Source: a virus
Direction: 5' to 3' (one strand)
IMG/VR virus record: IMGVR_UViG_3300048592_000418
Location: 1 to 64,000 of that record
Length of the DNA stretch: 64,000 bases
Position 1 is the first letter of the stretch; each line of letters starts with the position of its first letter. Below the pieces are notes generated by a model, which was given only the letters and a program-made list of their open reading frames with translations, was not told where the DNA came from and searched no databases. This document shows, piece by piece, positions 1-8,778 of the stretch. The position numbers were made by a program, and so were the translations under genes.

Positions 1-117
1 GGCAGCGGCGGCACTTACACCGCCGGCCGAATCTACTTCACGGATTCAGTTTACCTCTACGAAAGCGCTGGCGTGCTCTACCTGAATGACGGCAACGGAG
101 ACCGTGCTTTGACGTAG
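1..117 (+). CDS. 3' end of upstream gene, probably a tail protein (partial)
   Basis: Frame open from base 1: GSGGTYTAGRIYFTDSVYLYESAGVLYLNDGNGDRALT, TAG at 115-117; adjacent to tail-fibre genes. Confidence 0.55.
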   Translation, partial: GSGGTYTAGRIYFTDSVYLYESAGVLYLNDGNGDRALT

Positions 118-165
118 CGGTTTCGGGTTGAAGTTCCTGCGCTCCGGAGTCAGAACCGGATCGGA

Positions 166-633
166 ATGTCACAGATCAAGGCAGGACTTGTGTCCGTCAC
201 AAACGGTTCCGCGACTGTCGTCGGGAACGCGGATGCCGATTGGTCTGATGTCGTCGGCGGCGAAATCTTCACGATCCAAGGGTCCGGCGTTTGGTTCGAC
301 GTGCTATCCGCCGCGTTTGTCACGGATCACTGGGAACTGACGCTTGCAACGCCGTATTCCGGCGCAACGGCCGCGGGGCAAGCCTACGCGATCACGACAT
401 CGTTCACGCCAGAACTCAGCATCCCGTATCCTGATCGCGGCGACGTGGAAACCGCTTCGATCATGAAACGGGCGATGCTGACCGTTGACAGCAAGATCAC
501 GACGATTTCGCCGGGTTCGTTTGTCGCGCTGTTCGGCGAAGATTCCCAGTCGGCGACGTTCACGTTCGGGGACAATTTCACAATCGTTGAGGGCGCCAGT
601 CCCTATCCTCACGCAGAAATCACGCTCAACTAA
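166..633 (+). CDS. Tail fibre/spike N-terminal (anchor)-like protein
   Basis: GLVSVTNGSATVVG...ELTLATPYSGATAAGQAYAI resembles N-terminal domains of phage tail fibres; context. Confidence 0.65.
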   Translation: MSQIKAGLVSVTNGSATVVGNADADWSDVVGGEIFTIQGSGVWFDVLSAAFVTDHWELTLATPYSGATAAGQAYAITTSFTPELSIPYPDRGDVETASIMKRAMLTVDSKITTISPGSFVALFGEDSQSATFTFGDNFTIVEGASPYPHAEITLN

Positions 634-641
634 TTCCCGCC

Positions 642-3047
642 ATGGCAACCACTGTCACACTCGTTAAGCTCTCCGCACTGACGCAGATTCAAACCGATCT
701 GACGAACGCCGTTGCCGCGAGCGCTTCGGCCGCAGCCGCGTCGGCAACGCTCGCGTCGGAATGGGCAAGCAAGACTTCCGCGGCCGTCGCTGGCGGCGAG
801 TTCAGTGCGAAGGAATATGCGCAGGGCGCGCAAGCGGCGACGGGCGGAAGCTCGAAGAACTGGGCACAGCAAACCGGCGCGGACGTGACGGGCGCGGCGG
901 CAAACTCCCGCTCGGCGAAAAGCTGGGCACAGGAAGCGATCAAGGGCGCGACGTTGGGCGGCTCGGCGAAGGACTGGGCACAGGACACCGCGAGCACGGT
1001 TGACGGGACGAGCTTCAGCGCGAAGGAATACGCGCAGGGAACGCAGGCGGCAACGGGAGGATCCGCAAAGAATTGGGCACAGCAAACGGCCGCTGATGTT
1101 ACCGGAGCGGCGGCGAATTCCCGCTCTGCAAAATCGTGGGCACAGGACAATCTCGCCGGCGCGACGCTCGGCGGCAGCTCGAAGGACTGGGCACAGAGCG
1201 GCAGTTTGCCGGATGGCGTGAACAAGTCCGCGAAAAGCTATGCGCTGGACGCGGGGACGAGCGCGAGCGCTGCGGCAACTTCGGCCGCGCAGGCTGCGGC
1301 GATTGCGGCCGGGCTGAATTACAAGGGGACCGTCGCCGGCGCATCCGTGGCGGCAACTTCAACGGCCGCGGGCGACTGTTACGCGATCACGGCCGCGGGA
1401 ACCTCGCAATCTGTCACGTGGGCCGAAGGCGATCTGGCGATCTACCGCGGCACGTCCGGAAACTGGGACAGGATCCCGGCCGCTGTCGTCATGGGCGTTC
1501 ATGCGGCGCTTCGGAACAATCTCACACCGCGCGGCGGCGCTTACGTTGACGGGACGGGATCGGCTCGAATCGCGTCAACGCTGACCGGGCAGACGATTGA
1601 CGTTGATCCGTTCTCCGTCGTGTTGGTCATTGACGTTCCGCTTGCAAACCCGGCCATCGGCCGCGGGATGTTCGCGATCTCGGAAAACATTGGGGCGCCT
1701 ACGTCGCCGACGCGCGCCTTCATTTCCGAACTTAGCACGAACGGAGATCTGTGGTTCACGATCATCGGGACCGCATCGAATGGCGATTACAACCGTGCAA
1801 CGATCACAGGATTTCGCGCGCTGTATGCCGGGAAGACAGTCATTCTTTCCGTTGTTCGTCCGGCGGCTGGAAACCTACTCGTTTACGCCAACGCCGTTTC
1901 ACTTACGCCGACATATTCGTCTGGCGGAACTCCGCCGGGCTGGCAGACGCAGCTTTCTAGCACGTATTTTTCCGTCGGATACCAGAACACAACGGAAATA
2001 TGGGATGGCGCAATCCGCTCCGCTTCGCTGTATAATCTTCCGCTGACTGCTGCTGATGTCGCTGAAATCAATGAACTGAACGGCGCCGTGCCGTTCCGGT
2101 TTCAGTTCGGGAACATCAACTTTTATTCAAGCAACTTTACCGCAAATGCGGACGCGTGGACTACCGTCGGGGCAACTGCTTCCGGAAACATTGATTCAGT
2201 AAACGGCGTGGATAATACGCTGCGGGTTCATGCAAGCGGTGAAACAGGGCAGCATGTCGGGAGACGAACCGGCGCATACGCAGCGAAAAAGCGATTCAGG
2301 ATCCGTGGATCAATCTATATTCCAGTAGGACAAACGAACCTGAACAGCGTTTATTTAATGTTCAGCGGAAGTAATAACAGCGCAACGACGTGGATACCAA
2401 ACTCAGGTGCCGTATCGTGGACTCCTAACGCAGCGTGGCAAACAATTGAACTGGATGCGACCTTGGCACCCGGTTTCAACGCTTCTAACTTGTCGTTCTA
2501 TATGAACAACGGCGTCACGTTCACCGGCGCCAACTCGCCGACGGACGACGTTTTTTATTTATACGGAGTGAAAGTCGCGCAGCTTGGAGCCATCGTGCAT
2601 CTTCCGATGGACGACGGATGCGGCCGGCAGTTCATGGACAAATCGTCGAACAAGCTGCATGCGATTGCTTCAGCGTCCGGCATTTCGCACATGGTTGAAC
2701 TGGACGAAGCCGCTTACGTCCAAACCGCATTGACGGCAAATGGCGAACTGCTGGACACGGCCGGCGTTCTTCGCACTGATGCCGTTTTGCTGGACGTGAT
2801 CGTGAAGAACACGACGGCGAATCAGGTTTACGGCTTCGGCATCGGAATGTCTTCCGGCGTGCGGGATCTGACCTATGAAACGGACATCCCGGCGAACTCT
2901 GTCGTTGTGCTTCCGATCAAGCGCGCGGATCTCGCCGGGCTGACCGTTGGGACGGCGCCTTTCGGCCGCGCTTATTACTCTGCTGCATCGTGGAATTCCG
3001 GTTCGCTGAACATCAGCATTCGCTATCGCCGCGAGCGAGATCTCTAA
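642..3047 (+). CDS. Tail fibre / receptor-binding protein: Ala-rich repeats, LamG/ConA-like domain, CBM-like domain
   Basis: AKxWAQ repeats; LamG-like ...LLVYAN...WDGAIRSASLYNLPLTAADVAEI; lower-GC beta-rich distal part. Confidence 0.8.
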   Translation: MATTVTLVKLSALTQIQTDLTNAVAASASAAAASATLASEWASKTSAAVAGGEFSAKEYAQGAQAATGGSSKNWAQQTGADVTGAAANSRSAKSWAQEAIKGATLGGSAKDWAQDTASTVDGTSFSAKEYAQGTQAATGGSAKNWAQQTAADVTGAAANSRSAKSWAQDNLAGATLGGSSKDWAQSGSLPDGVNKSAKSYALDAGTSASAAATSAAQAAAIAAGLNYKGTVAGASVAATSTAAGDCYAITAAGTSQSVTWAEGDLAIYRGTSGNWDRIPAAVVMGVHAALRNNLTPRGGAYVDGTGSARIASTLTGQTIDVDPFSVVLVIDVPLANPAIGRGMFAISENIGAPTSPTRAFISELSTNGDLWFTIIGTASNGDYNRATITGFRALYAGKTVILSVVRPAAGNLLVYANAVSLTPTYSSGGTPPGWQTQLSSTYFSVGYQNTTEIWDGAIRSASLYNLPLTAADVAEINELNGAVPFRFQFGNINFYSSNFTANADAWTTVGATASGNIDSVNGVDNTLRVHASGETGQHVGRRTGAYAAKKRFRIRGSIYIPVGQTNLNSVYLMFSGSNNSATTWIPNSGAVSWTPNAAWQTIELDATLAPGFNASNLSFYMNNGVTFTGANSPTDDVFYLYGVKVAQLGAIVHLPMDDGCGRQFMDKSSNKLHAIASASGISHMVELDEAAYVQTALTANGELLDTAGVLRTDAVLLDVIVKNTTANQVYGFGIGMSSGVRDLTYETDIPANSVVVLPIKRADLAGLTVGTAPFGRAYYSAASWNSGSLNISIRYRRERDL
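801..1226 (+). repeat. Tandem intragenic duplication, 213-bp (71-aa) period
   Basis: ttcagtgcgaaggaatatgcgcaggg at 801 and ttcagcgcgaaggaatacgcgcaggg at 1014; the unit FSAKEYAQG...GATLGGS.KDWAQ occurs twice. Confidence 0.9.
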
Positions 3048-3085
3048 AGTCGTTTCGCATTCATAACCTTCAACCCGCGATCATC

Positions 3086-3367
3086 ATGACAATCGTTCCT
3101 CTCCCGTCTCCCTACAACGAAACGACGCACGTGCGGCTTGTCCGCATCGATCTCGAAGTGTCTCCCGGCGTCGTTCACTACAAGCAAGGGCATTTCACGT
3201 GCGAGCCGGAGGAAGTGCCGGCGATGCCGTATTCCGAAGCCGAGCTTCCGGCCGCGTGGGAAGAGCGCGCCGAGCTGAACACCGCCGAGATCCCGCTGGG
3301 GATCACGACGCTCGAACAAGTCCTGATCGCCATCGTCACCGAACTGCTGGGAAATGGGCGCACATAG
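3086..3367 (+). CDS. Small acidic protein after the fibre (putative fibre chaperone); ends in slippery G GGA AAT
   Basis: ATG 3086, MTIVPLPSP...TELLGNGRT*. Confidence 0.6.
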   Translation: MTIVPLPSPYNETTHVRLVRIDLEVSPGVVHYKQGHFTCEPEEVPAMPYSEAELPAAWEERAELNTAEIPLGITTLEQVLIAIVTELLGNGRT

Positions 3368-4641
3368 GTTATGTCCGCAGCGGGACAACTTACACGTATT
3401 ATATCAACGGCGTTGCGTCAGGAACCGGAACCGACAGTAGCGATTACAGTGCCGCTTCGTCCAAGATCGGCGCCGCAAGTATTTTGACGGAAATTCCGTT
3501 CGCCGGAATAATCGCACAGCCGGTCATGCTTAACCGGGCATTGTCGCCTACTGAAATGCTTTCGCTTTATGAATCGGGATCTCCGGACACTGACGATTTC
3601 CCGACAAATAAAGCGGGCACATCAATTTATACGTCCGATTTTTCTGCGGGCGTAGATTCATGGCAGACCGGGGCCGGTCGCACCGTTGCGGGAAACGTTG
3701 ACGGCATCAATGGTCAAAACGACTGGCTTTCTGCCACGAACGACTCGAACACCGTCGCTAACGCATATCGTCCTATTACATGGGGCGCGAGGCGAGTCCG
3801 CGTCGCATACCGGGTATTCATCCCGGCCGGTTCTCCAATCACGGCTATTCAAACCCGAACCGATACAGCCGCGGGACTCTCGACGCCTGTCGCTGCAAAT
3901 ACACAGTATGACATAAGCTATGAACTCACCGTCGGAACCGGAACGGTGATTCGCGTTGACGCCGATACTAGCTCCGCGGCTGGAACAGTTTTTTATATTC
4001 GTGGAATGACAATCACTCCGATTGGAGCGGTTTTCGCGCCCGATGCGGTGCAACCCGGCGCGGGATCGACTTGGTATGACATGAGCGCCGTCGCGGCGAA
4101 TCTAACAATTCCGGTCGGCGTGAGTTGGCGGATTTTGAACAAAGGACTTCCCGTCGGCGGACTGATGGATTTGCTGAACGGTCAGATCAAGTTCCCGGCA
4201 ACGCAAAACCCGTCCAGCGACGTGAACACGCTGGACGATTACGAAGAAGGCACGTTCACCGTGACGCTGCTTCCCGGAACGAGCGGAAGCATCACACTGG
4301 ATCCGGCGTATGCGACGGCTCGTTACACGAAGATCGGGCGCGTCGTTTCCATCCAAGGCGTTTGCGTCGTTCAGTCGATTTCATCGCCGGTTGGAACGCT
4401 GAAGATCGGAGGACTGCCGTTCGCGTCAGGAAACGCCGTCGGAAATTACGCAGCAATTGCGCTTCAAGCGTTGAGTTTGGAGACAACGGCGACGATGCCG
4501 GGGCAGGGCGCGATCCTTCCGAATTCGTCCGTGATCGATGTTTTCACGAGGTTTGCGGGCGGAGCTGGCGGGATCACGAGCAACGCGGCGGACATTCGCG
4601 CCGGGACGGAGATCCGTTTCTCCGGCACTTACAGCGTCTAA
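3346..4641 (+). CDS. Start-less paralogous tail-fibre C-terminal module (half LamG, CBM-like, LDDYEEGT domain)
   Basis: AGKWAHIGYVRSGTTYTYYING...NRALSPTEMLSLY parallels the 642 gene from AGK onward; NTLDDYEEGTFT...YTKIGRVV is a common fibre-tip motif; first in-frame ATG only at 3526, mid-domain. Confidence 0.75.
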   Translation, partial: AGKWAHIGYVRSGTTYTYYINGVASGTGTDSSDYSAASSKIGAASILTEIPFAGIIAQPVMLNRALSPTEMLSLYESGSPDTDDFPTNKAGTSIYTSDFSAGVDSWQTGAGRTVAGNVDGINGQNDWLSATNDSNTVANAYRPITWGARRVRVAYRVFIPAGSPITAIQTRTDTAAGLSTPVAANTQYDISYELTVGTGTVIRVDADTSSAAGTVFYIRGMTITPIGAVFAPDAVQPGAGSTWYDMSAVAANLTIPVGVSWRILNKGLPVGGLMDLLNGQIKFPATQNPSSDVNTLDDYEEGTFTVTLLPGTSGSITLDPAYATARYTKIGRVVSIQGVCVVQSISSPVGTLKIGGLPFASGNAVGNYAAIALQALSLETTATMPGQGAILPNSSVIDVFTRFAGGAGGITSNAADIRAGTEIRFSGTYSV

Positions 4642-4705
4642 GCTGTTTGACACGCTCCGCCCGTGCGCGCATCACGGGCGGAAAACTCACGAACCGAAAC
4701 CGAAC

Positions 4706-5125
4706 ATGAAATTCAGAAAAATCGAACTGCTGGAACGTCCTGTGATGGACGAAGTGAACGGCAAAGAGATCCAGATCGGGATCTTCAGCTATCGCGCGAT
4801 CCTGCGCGAAATCCTGATGACGGGGCCGGCGCCGGAGCCTGCGCGCGGATTCGCCGGCGGACTGACGACGGACGAGATCGCGCAATCGATCATGACTTAC
4901 GGCCGCGTGAAGGATGCCGTCGCGAAGAACGAAAAATTCGTCCTGCTGGACAAGGAATGTTATGACTACCTGATGCGGCGTCTCGCAACGTTCCGCTGGC
5001 AGAGCGCCAACGAAACGACGCACGAATTTTGCCGTTACATCAAAGCCGTTCCGGAAGAGGAATTCGAGGTAACGCGCAAGCCGGACCCGGTTCCCGCTCC
5101 GGCGCCGACGGCCGCGGCGAATTGA
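4706..5125 (+). CDS. Hypothetical protein
   Basis: ATG after ACGAACCGAAACCGAAC leader; TTGACA at 4647. Confidence 0.7.
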   Translation: MKFRKIELLERPVMDEVNGKEIQIGIFSYRAILREILMTGPAPEPARGFAGGLTTDEIAQSIMTYGRVKDAVAKNEKFVLLDKECYDYLMRRLATFRWQSANETTHEFCRYIKAVPEEEFEVTRKPDPVPAPAPTAAAN

Positions 5126-5165
5126 GTTGCGCACGGAGCGCGGAGCGTGCGACAACATCCGCGCT

Positions 5166-5615
5166 ATGAAGACGATCACCCGATTCGGCTTGTTTGCCGT
5201 GGCGCTGCTTTTTGCGGCCGTCGCGTTCGTTGGCGGTTCCCCCAGCAGGGGGAAGGTTCCCGCGCTCTCGGAACTCGCGTTCGGCATCGCCGACGTGGGC
5301 ATGGTCGCGGATCTGGCGTATGACGTGAACGAGTTCCCGCAGCTCGCGAGCGCGGACGTTTCCCCGGCGAACACCGCCGCGGCGTCCGTGCAAGCCGCGA
5401 CGCTCGGCGATCAGTTACTCGTGACGAACCTCGCCGGCGCGGAGCATTACGCGCGAGAACCCCAGCGAATGACACTCGCGGCCGTCTGGCGAAATTCGAC
5501 GCACATCAAACAGCCGCCGGCGATCAGCGTGTTCGCGATCCCTGAACCGGGCGGACGAGCGTCCGACGTGCTCGCGCAGCTCACGAGTTGCAATCCCGAC
5601 TTCAGGCGAACGTAA
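5166..5615 (+). CDS. Secreted/membrane protein with signal peptide, moron-like
   Basis: MKTITRFGLFAVALLFAAVAFVGG; followed by a terminator. Confidence 0.65.
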   Translation: MKTITRFGLFAVALLFAAVAFVGGSPSRGKVPALSELAFGIADVGMVADLAYDVNEFPQLASADVSPANTAAASVQAATLGDQLLVTNLAGAEHYAREPQRMTLAAVWRNSTHIKQPPAISVFAIPEPGGRASDVLAQLTSCNPDFRRT

Positions 5616-5637
5616 AGCCGCCGGCCGCAGAATTTGG

Positions 5638-5670
5638 AACCCGCCGATCCCTTGGTCGGCGGGTTTTTTG
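5638..5670 (+). terminator. Rho-independent terminator
   Basis: AACCCGCCGA-tcccttgg-TCGGCGGGTT-TTTTG. Confidence 0.85.
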
Positions 5671-5713
5671 TTGTTGGCGTTCGCGGGTCAATCGGGTTAT
5701 TCCCGGATTGCCC

Positions 5714-6301
5714 ATGAAGAAACACCCGGCGCGTTCAATCGGTGGTTTCGCGTTGGCTGCGCTCGCGCTGCTGATGCTGTTCGCTTCGTGTTCCCGTCAA
5801 TCGGGGAAAGTCGCTTCGGGCGTCGCACTGGATCGCGGCGCCGTAGTGCTCACGCTGTTACAGGAAGGCGTTTCGCCGCTGGGGATTCAGCTTTCGTCAT
5901 CGGCTTATGCCGAAGTGAACGAATCGGCAATCCCCGCGCTGGTGGAGGAATTCCGCGCGGATCTCTCGAAGAAGGGGATCCCCGTCTCTGACATCAGCGG
6001 CCGGACGGGTTACGATGCGCGGTTCCAATGCACGGCGTTCGCGGACTTCTTCGCGGGAAGCACGGCCGCGCGCATGATGGGCGAACTCTGGCACTCGCCG
6101 TTGAACGTGAACCGTCCGACGATCTTCGTCGTTTGGTATGTTCAGGACAATGCGCCGCGCGACGCGGACGGGAATCCCATCGGGCACGCGATCAACCTGA
6201 TGATCGTGAATGGCCGGCGCTGCGTCTGGATCGAACCGCAGACCGGGCGCCGGCTGGCGTTATCGGCCGCGGAGAAACTGACGGCACGCGTTCGAGCATG
6301 A
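5714..6301 (+). CDS. Lipoprotein with papain/transglutaminase-like Cys-His-Glu motifs
   Basis: Lipobox LFAS-C; FQCTAFADF, GHAINL, WIEPQTG. Confidence 0.6.
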   Translation: MKKHPARSIGGFALAALALLMLFASCSRQSGKVASGVALDRGAVVLTLLQEGVSPLGIQLSSSAYAEVNESAIPALVEEFRADLSKKGIPVSDISGRTGYDARFQCTAFADFFAGSTAARMMGELWHSPLNVNRPTIFVVWYVQDNAPRDADGNPIGHAINLMIVNGRRCVWIEPQTGRRLALSAAEKLTARVRA

Positions 6302-6975
6302 AACGCATTTACACCGGATTTCTTCACGGCCGGAACGATCCGCTCGTGATCGCCGACGAAACTTTCGCCGGAACGCCGAAGCCGTCCGGCGAAGACAATC
6401 ACGCGCACACGCCGGAACGGCTGGATCGTCCGATTGTTTACCTGAATTGCACGTTCATCGCGAACGGCGCGAGTGAGGCGCTGAAGTTCTCGCGGCATTG
6501 GCATATCACCGTTCAGGGTGGCGAGATCATCGGCGGCGTTGAAGACGGGCTGGACATCGTGCGCGGCGGCGATCTCGTGTTCAACGAAGTCCGCTTCAAC
6601 TGCGCGAAATCGAAGCAGGACGTGACATGCAAGGGCGGCGCGCGGGACATTCGTTTTTATCGCTGTCCGGGGCTGCGGCGGATCGTGCTCGGCGACTTCA
6701 CGAAATATGACACCTTCGCGATCATGCCGGACGGCCGCGAACGCCGTCTGTCGCTGTTTGGCGCGTTGCCGCGTCCGCCCGTGCGCAATGTCTTCGTGCG
6801 CGCCGAATCGCCTGTGCGGGTCACGCGCTGGCACGCAGAGCGCACGGACGGCGACGCTGATGATCGGAGCCTTCGCTTGCTCGTGAAGCCTTACTTTTGG
6901 GCGCGCGGGAAGTTCTTCCGCGAGACGAAGCCGGCGCCGCGCGCCGAGCACATTCTGGATCCTCGCGAACTATGA
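6298..6975 (+). CDS. Parallel beta-helix (pectin-lyase-like) protein
   Basis: IVYLNCTF, ITVQGGEIIGGVEDGLDIVRGGDLVFNEVRF, DIRFYRC. Confidence 0.55.
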   Translation: MKRIYTGFLHGRNDPLVIADETFAGTPKPSGEDNHAHTPERLDRPIVYLNCTFIANGASEALKFSRHWHITVQGGEIIGGVEDGLDIVRGGDLVFNEVRFNCAKSKQDVTCKGGARDIRFYRCPGLRRIVLGDFTKYDTFAIMPDGRERRLSLFGALPRPPVRNVFVRAESPVRVTRWHAERTDGDADDRSLRLLVKPYFWARGKFFRETKPAPRAEHILDPREL

Positions 6976-8114
6976 AATTGCGCATCGCATATTTGATCGG
7001 GCAAATCGTGTTCTTCGCCGTCGCGGCGGTTTTTTTGGGCGGAACTTTGTCCGGCTGTTGGCTGACCGGCGGGACGAAGAAGCCGGAAGATCCGCGGACC
7101 GTCGTTGCTCCCGTCGGAGGCGAGGCGAAGAAGCTCGGCGAACAGGTGAAGACGGAGATTCCCGCGGCCGTGCTCGAACAGCAGGCACAGCAGCGCAGGG
7201 CCGCGAGCAAGGCCGTCGCGCAGTTCGAGGCGATCACGCACTCCGCCGGCACGATCACGACGCCGGAGGAACAGAACGCGCGCACGGCGATCACCGAATC
7301 GGCCGAACAGGGGAAGCGCGAACTCGGCGGCGAATCGACGCCGGAGGATCGCGCGGCAGCGCTCGCGGCGGCGAATGCCTTTCTCGCCGGCGAAATCGAA
7401 CGCGGGAAGGTACTGATCGCGAACGCGCGGGCGGAAGCCGACGAAGCGAAGAAGGCGCGTGACGCGGCAAACGAAGCCGTGCGCGTCGCGCTCGAAAACG
7501 CGAAGCGGCAGGCGGACGCGGCGGAAGCGGAAGCGAAGCGGATTGCCGCGGATAATCAGAAGCGTTTCGACGAACTGGCGCGCCGCGTGACGGCCGCGGA
7601 GGAACGAGCGAAGAACGCCGAAGACGAAGCTCGGAAGAAAGCGCTCGGATGGCTGTCATGGGTGGAACTGGGTTTGGGCGCCGTGTTCGTGCTCGTCGGC
7701 GCCGCGACTGCGTATCTGACGCAGGGCCGGGAATGGCTGCGCGCTCTGATCGCGGCCGGCGCCGGCGGGTTCTGTTTTTCGTGCTACTGGGCACAACATC
7801 AGCCGTGGTTCAAATGGTTCGTGATCGGCGGAATCGTGCTCGGCGTCGTTGCGCTCGGCGTCTGGATCTGGCGGGAGTTCGCGGACGCGAAGGACGTGAC
7901 GACGAAACAGCAGGCGCTTGCCGAACTCGAACGCGTGCGAAATGCCGGCCGCAAGGTTGTCGCCGAGCTGGACGAGTGGAAATCGGAAGCCGGCGAATCC
8001 GTGAAGCCGCTACTCGAACGCCTTTCGCGCCGGATGAACGATGACGAAAAGATCGCCATTCATGATTTGCGGCGCGAGTCCGCCGTTGCGGTCAAAGCGA
8101 AAGGCAAAACATGA
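6972..8114 (+). CDS. Lipoprotein with long coiled coil and three TM helices (unimolecular-spanin-like)
   Basis: Lipobox LSG-C; ~210-aa Ala/Glu/Lys-rich helix; three hydrophobic segments; charged C-terminal tail. Confidence 0.6.
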   Translation: MKLRIAYLIGQIVFFAVAAVFLGGTLSGCWLTGGTKKPEDPRTVVAPVGGEAKKLGEQVKTEIPAAVLEQQAQQRRAASKAVAQFEAITHSAGTITTPEEQNARTAITESAEQGKRELGGESTPEDRAAALAAANAFLAGEIERGKVLIANARAEADEAKKARDAANEAVRVALENAKRQADAAEAEAKRIAADNQKRFDELARRVTAAEERAKNAEDEARKKALGWLSWVELGLGAVFVLVGAATAYLTQGREWLRALIAAGAGGFCFSCYWAQHQPWFKWFVIGGIVLGVVALGVWIWREFADAKDVTTKQQALAELERVRNAGRKVVAELDEWKSEAGESVKPLLERLSRRMNDDEKIAIHDLRRESAVAVKAKGKT

Positions 8115-8650
8115 ACGCAGAAGCGATCCATCCGTCGAATTCCAGTGTCGGCACCGGGGAAAGCACTAATCCGTTCCCCCGCAAATCGACTGGACAGGTT
8201 TTCAGAGAAATTCGACAACATGGCATGTCAATAAAACGCGCATCGGAGCTGTTTGCTTCCGCGTCACCTTTGATTGTCGGGATCTGGCGCGTTGCCGTGA
8301 TCCTGTGCCTTGCTGGACTGTTCTTCCTGAAGACAGTTTTCCCGACAAAGGATGAAGTGACGACGCTTTACGGGAAGCTCCCGGCTGCGGTGGAGAAGCT
8401 GACGGAGATCGCCGCGCAGCAGCAGCGGATCAACGAAGACGGCGCGCGCGTGAACGCACCGAACCGGCTGGCGAATCTGGAACGCATTGCGGAGGAAAAT
8501 CGCGCCGTGAACAACGCGCAGCAAACGCAGTTGAATGCGACGGATCGTCAGCTCGCAGTGATCACCGAACAACTGAAGAGCATCGGTGACAAAGTTGACG
8601 CCGGAAACCGCCGTCTCGAAAAGATAGCGGACAGGATCGGATCTCCGTAG
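8111..8650 (+). CDS. Single-TM coiled-coil protein (holin/haemolysin-like)
   Basis: TM IVGIWRVAVILCLAGLFFL; heptad-rich C-terminus. Confidence 0.5.
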   Translation: MNAEAIHPSNSSVGTGESTNPFPRKSTGQVFREIRQHGMSIKRASELFASASPLIVGIWRVAVILCLAGLFFLKTVFPTKDEVTTLYGKLPAAVEKLTEIAAQQQRINEDGARVNAPNRLANLERIAEENRAVNNAQQTQLNATDRQLAVITEQLKSIGDKVDAGNRRLEKIADRIGSP

Positions 8651-8694
8651 TCGGAAAATTTCCCCGGTAGTTCATCGGGGAAAACATTTTTCGC

Positions 8695-8746
8695 TTGCGC
8701 TTGTGCGCATCGTGAACCAAACACGGTTCCGGGCGCTGGGAACCAT
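8695..8746 (+). promoter_or_regulatory. Class II promoter/operator plus downstream half-site
   Basis: TTGCGC-N12-TGAACCAAACACGGTTCC (8713-8730); GGAACCAT at 8739. Confidence 0.7.
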
Positions 8747-8778
8747 TTTCGGCGCGACGAAAACGAAACGAATTCATC

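Noticed and set aside
642-4641. Diversity-generating retroelement or invertase shufflon at the tail fibres
   Set aside because: No reverse transcriptase or invertase, no TR/VR pair, modules are in direct orientation
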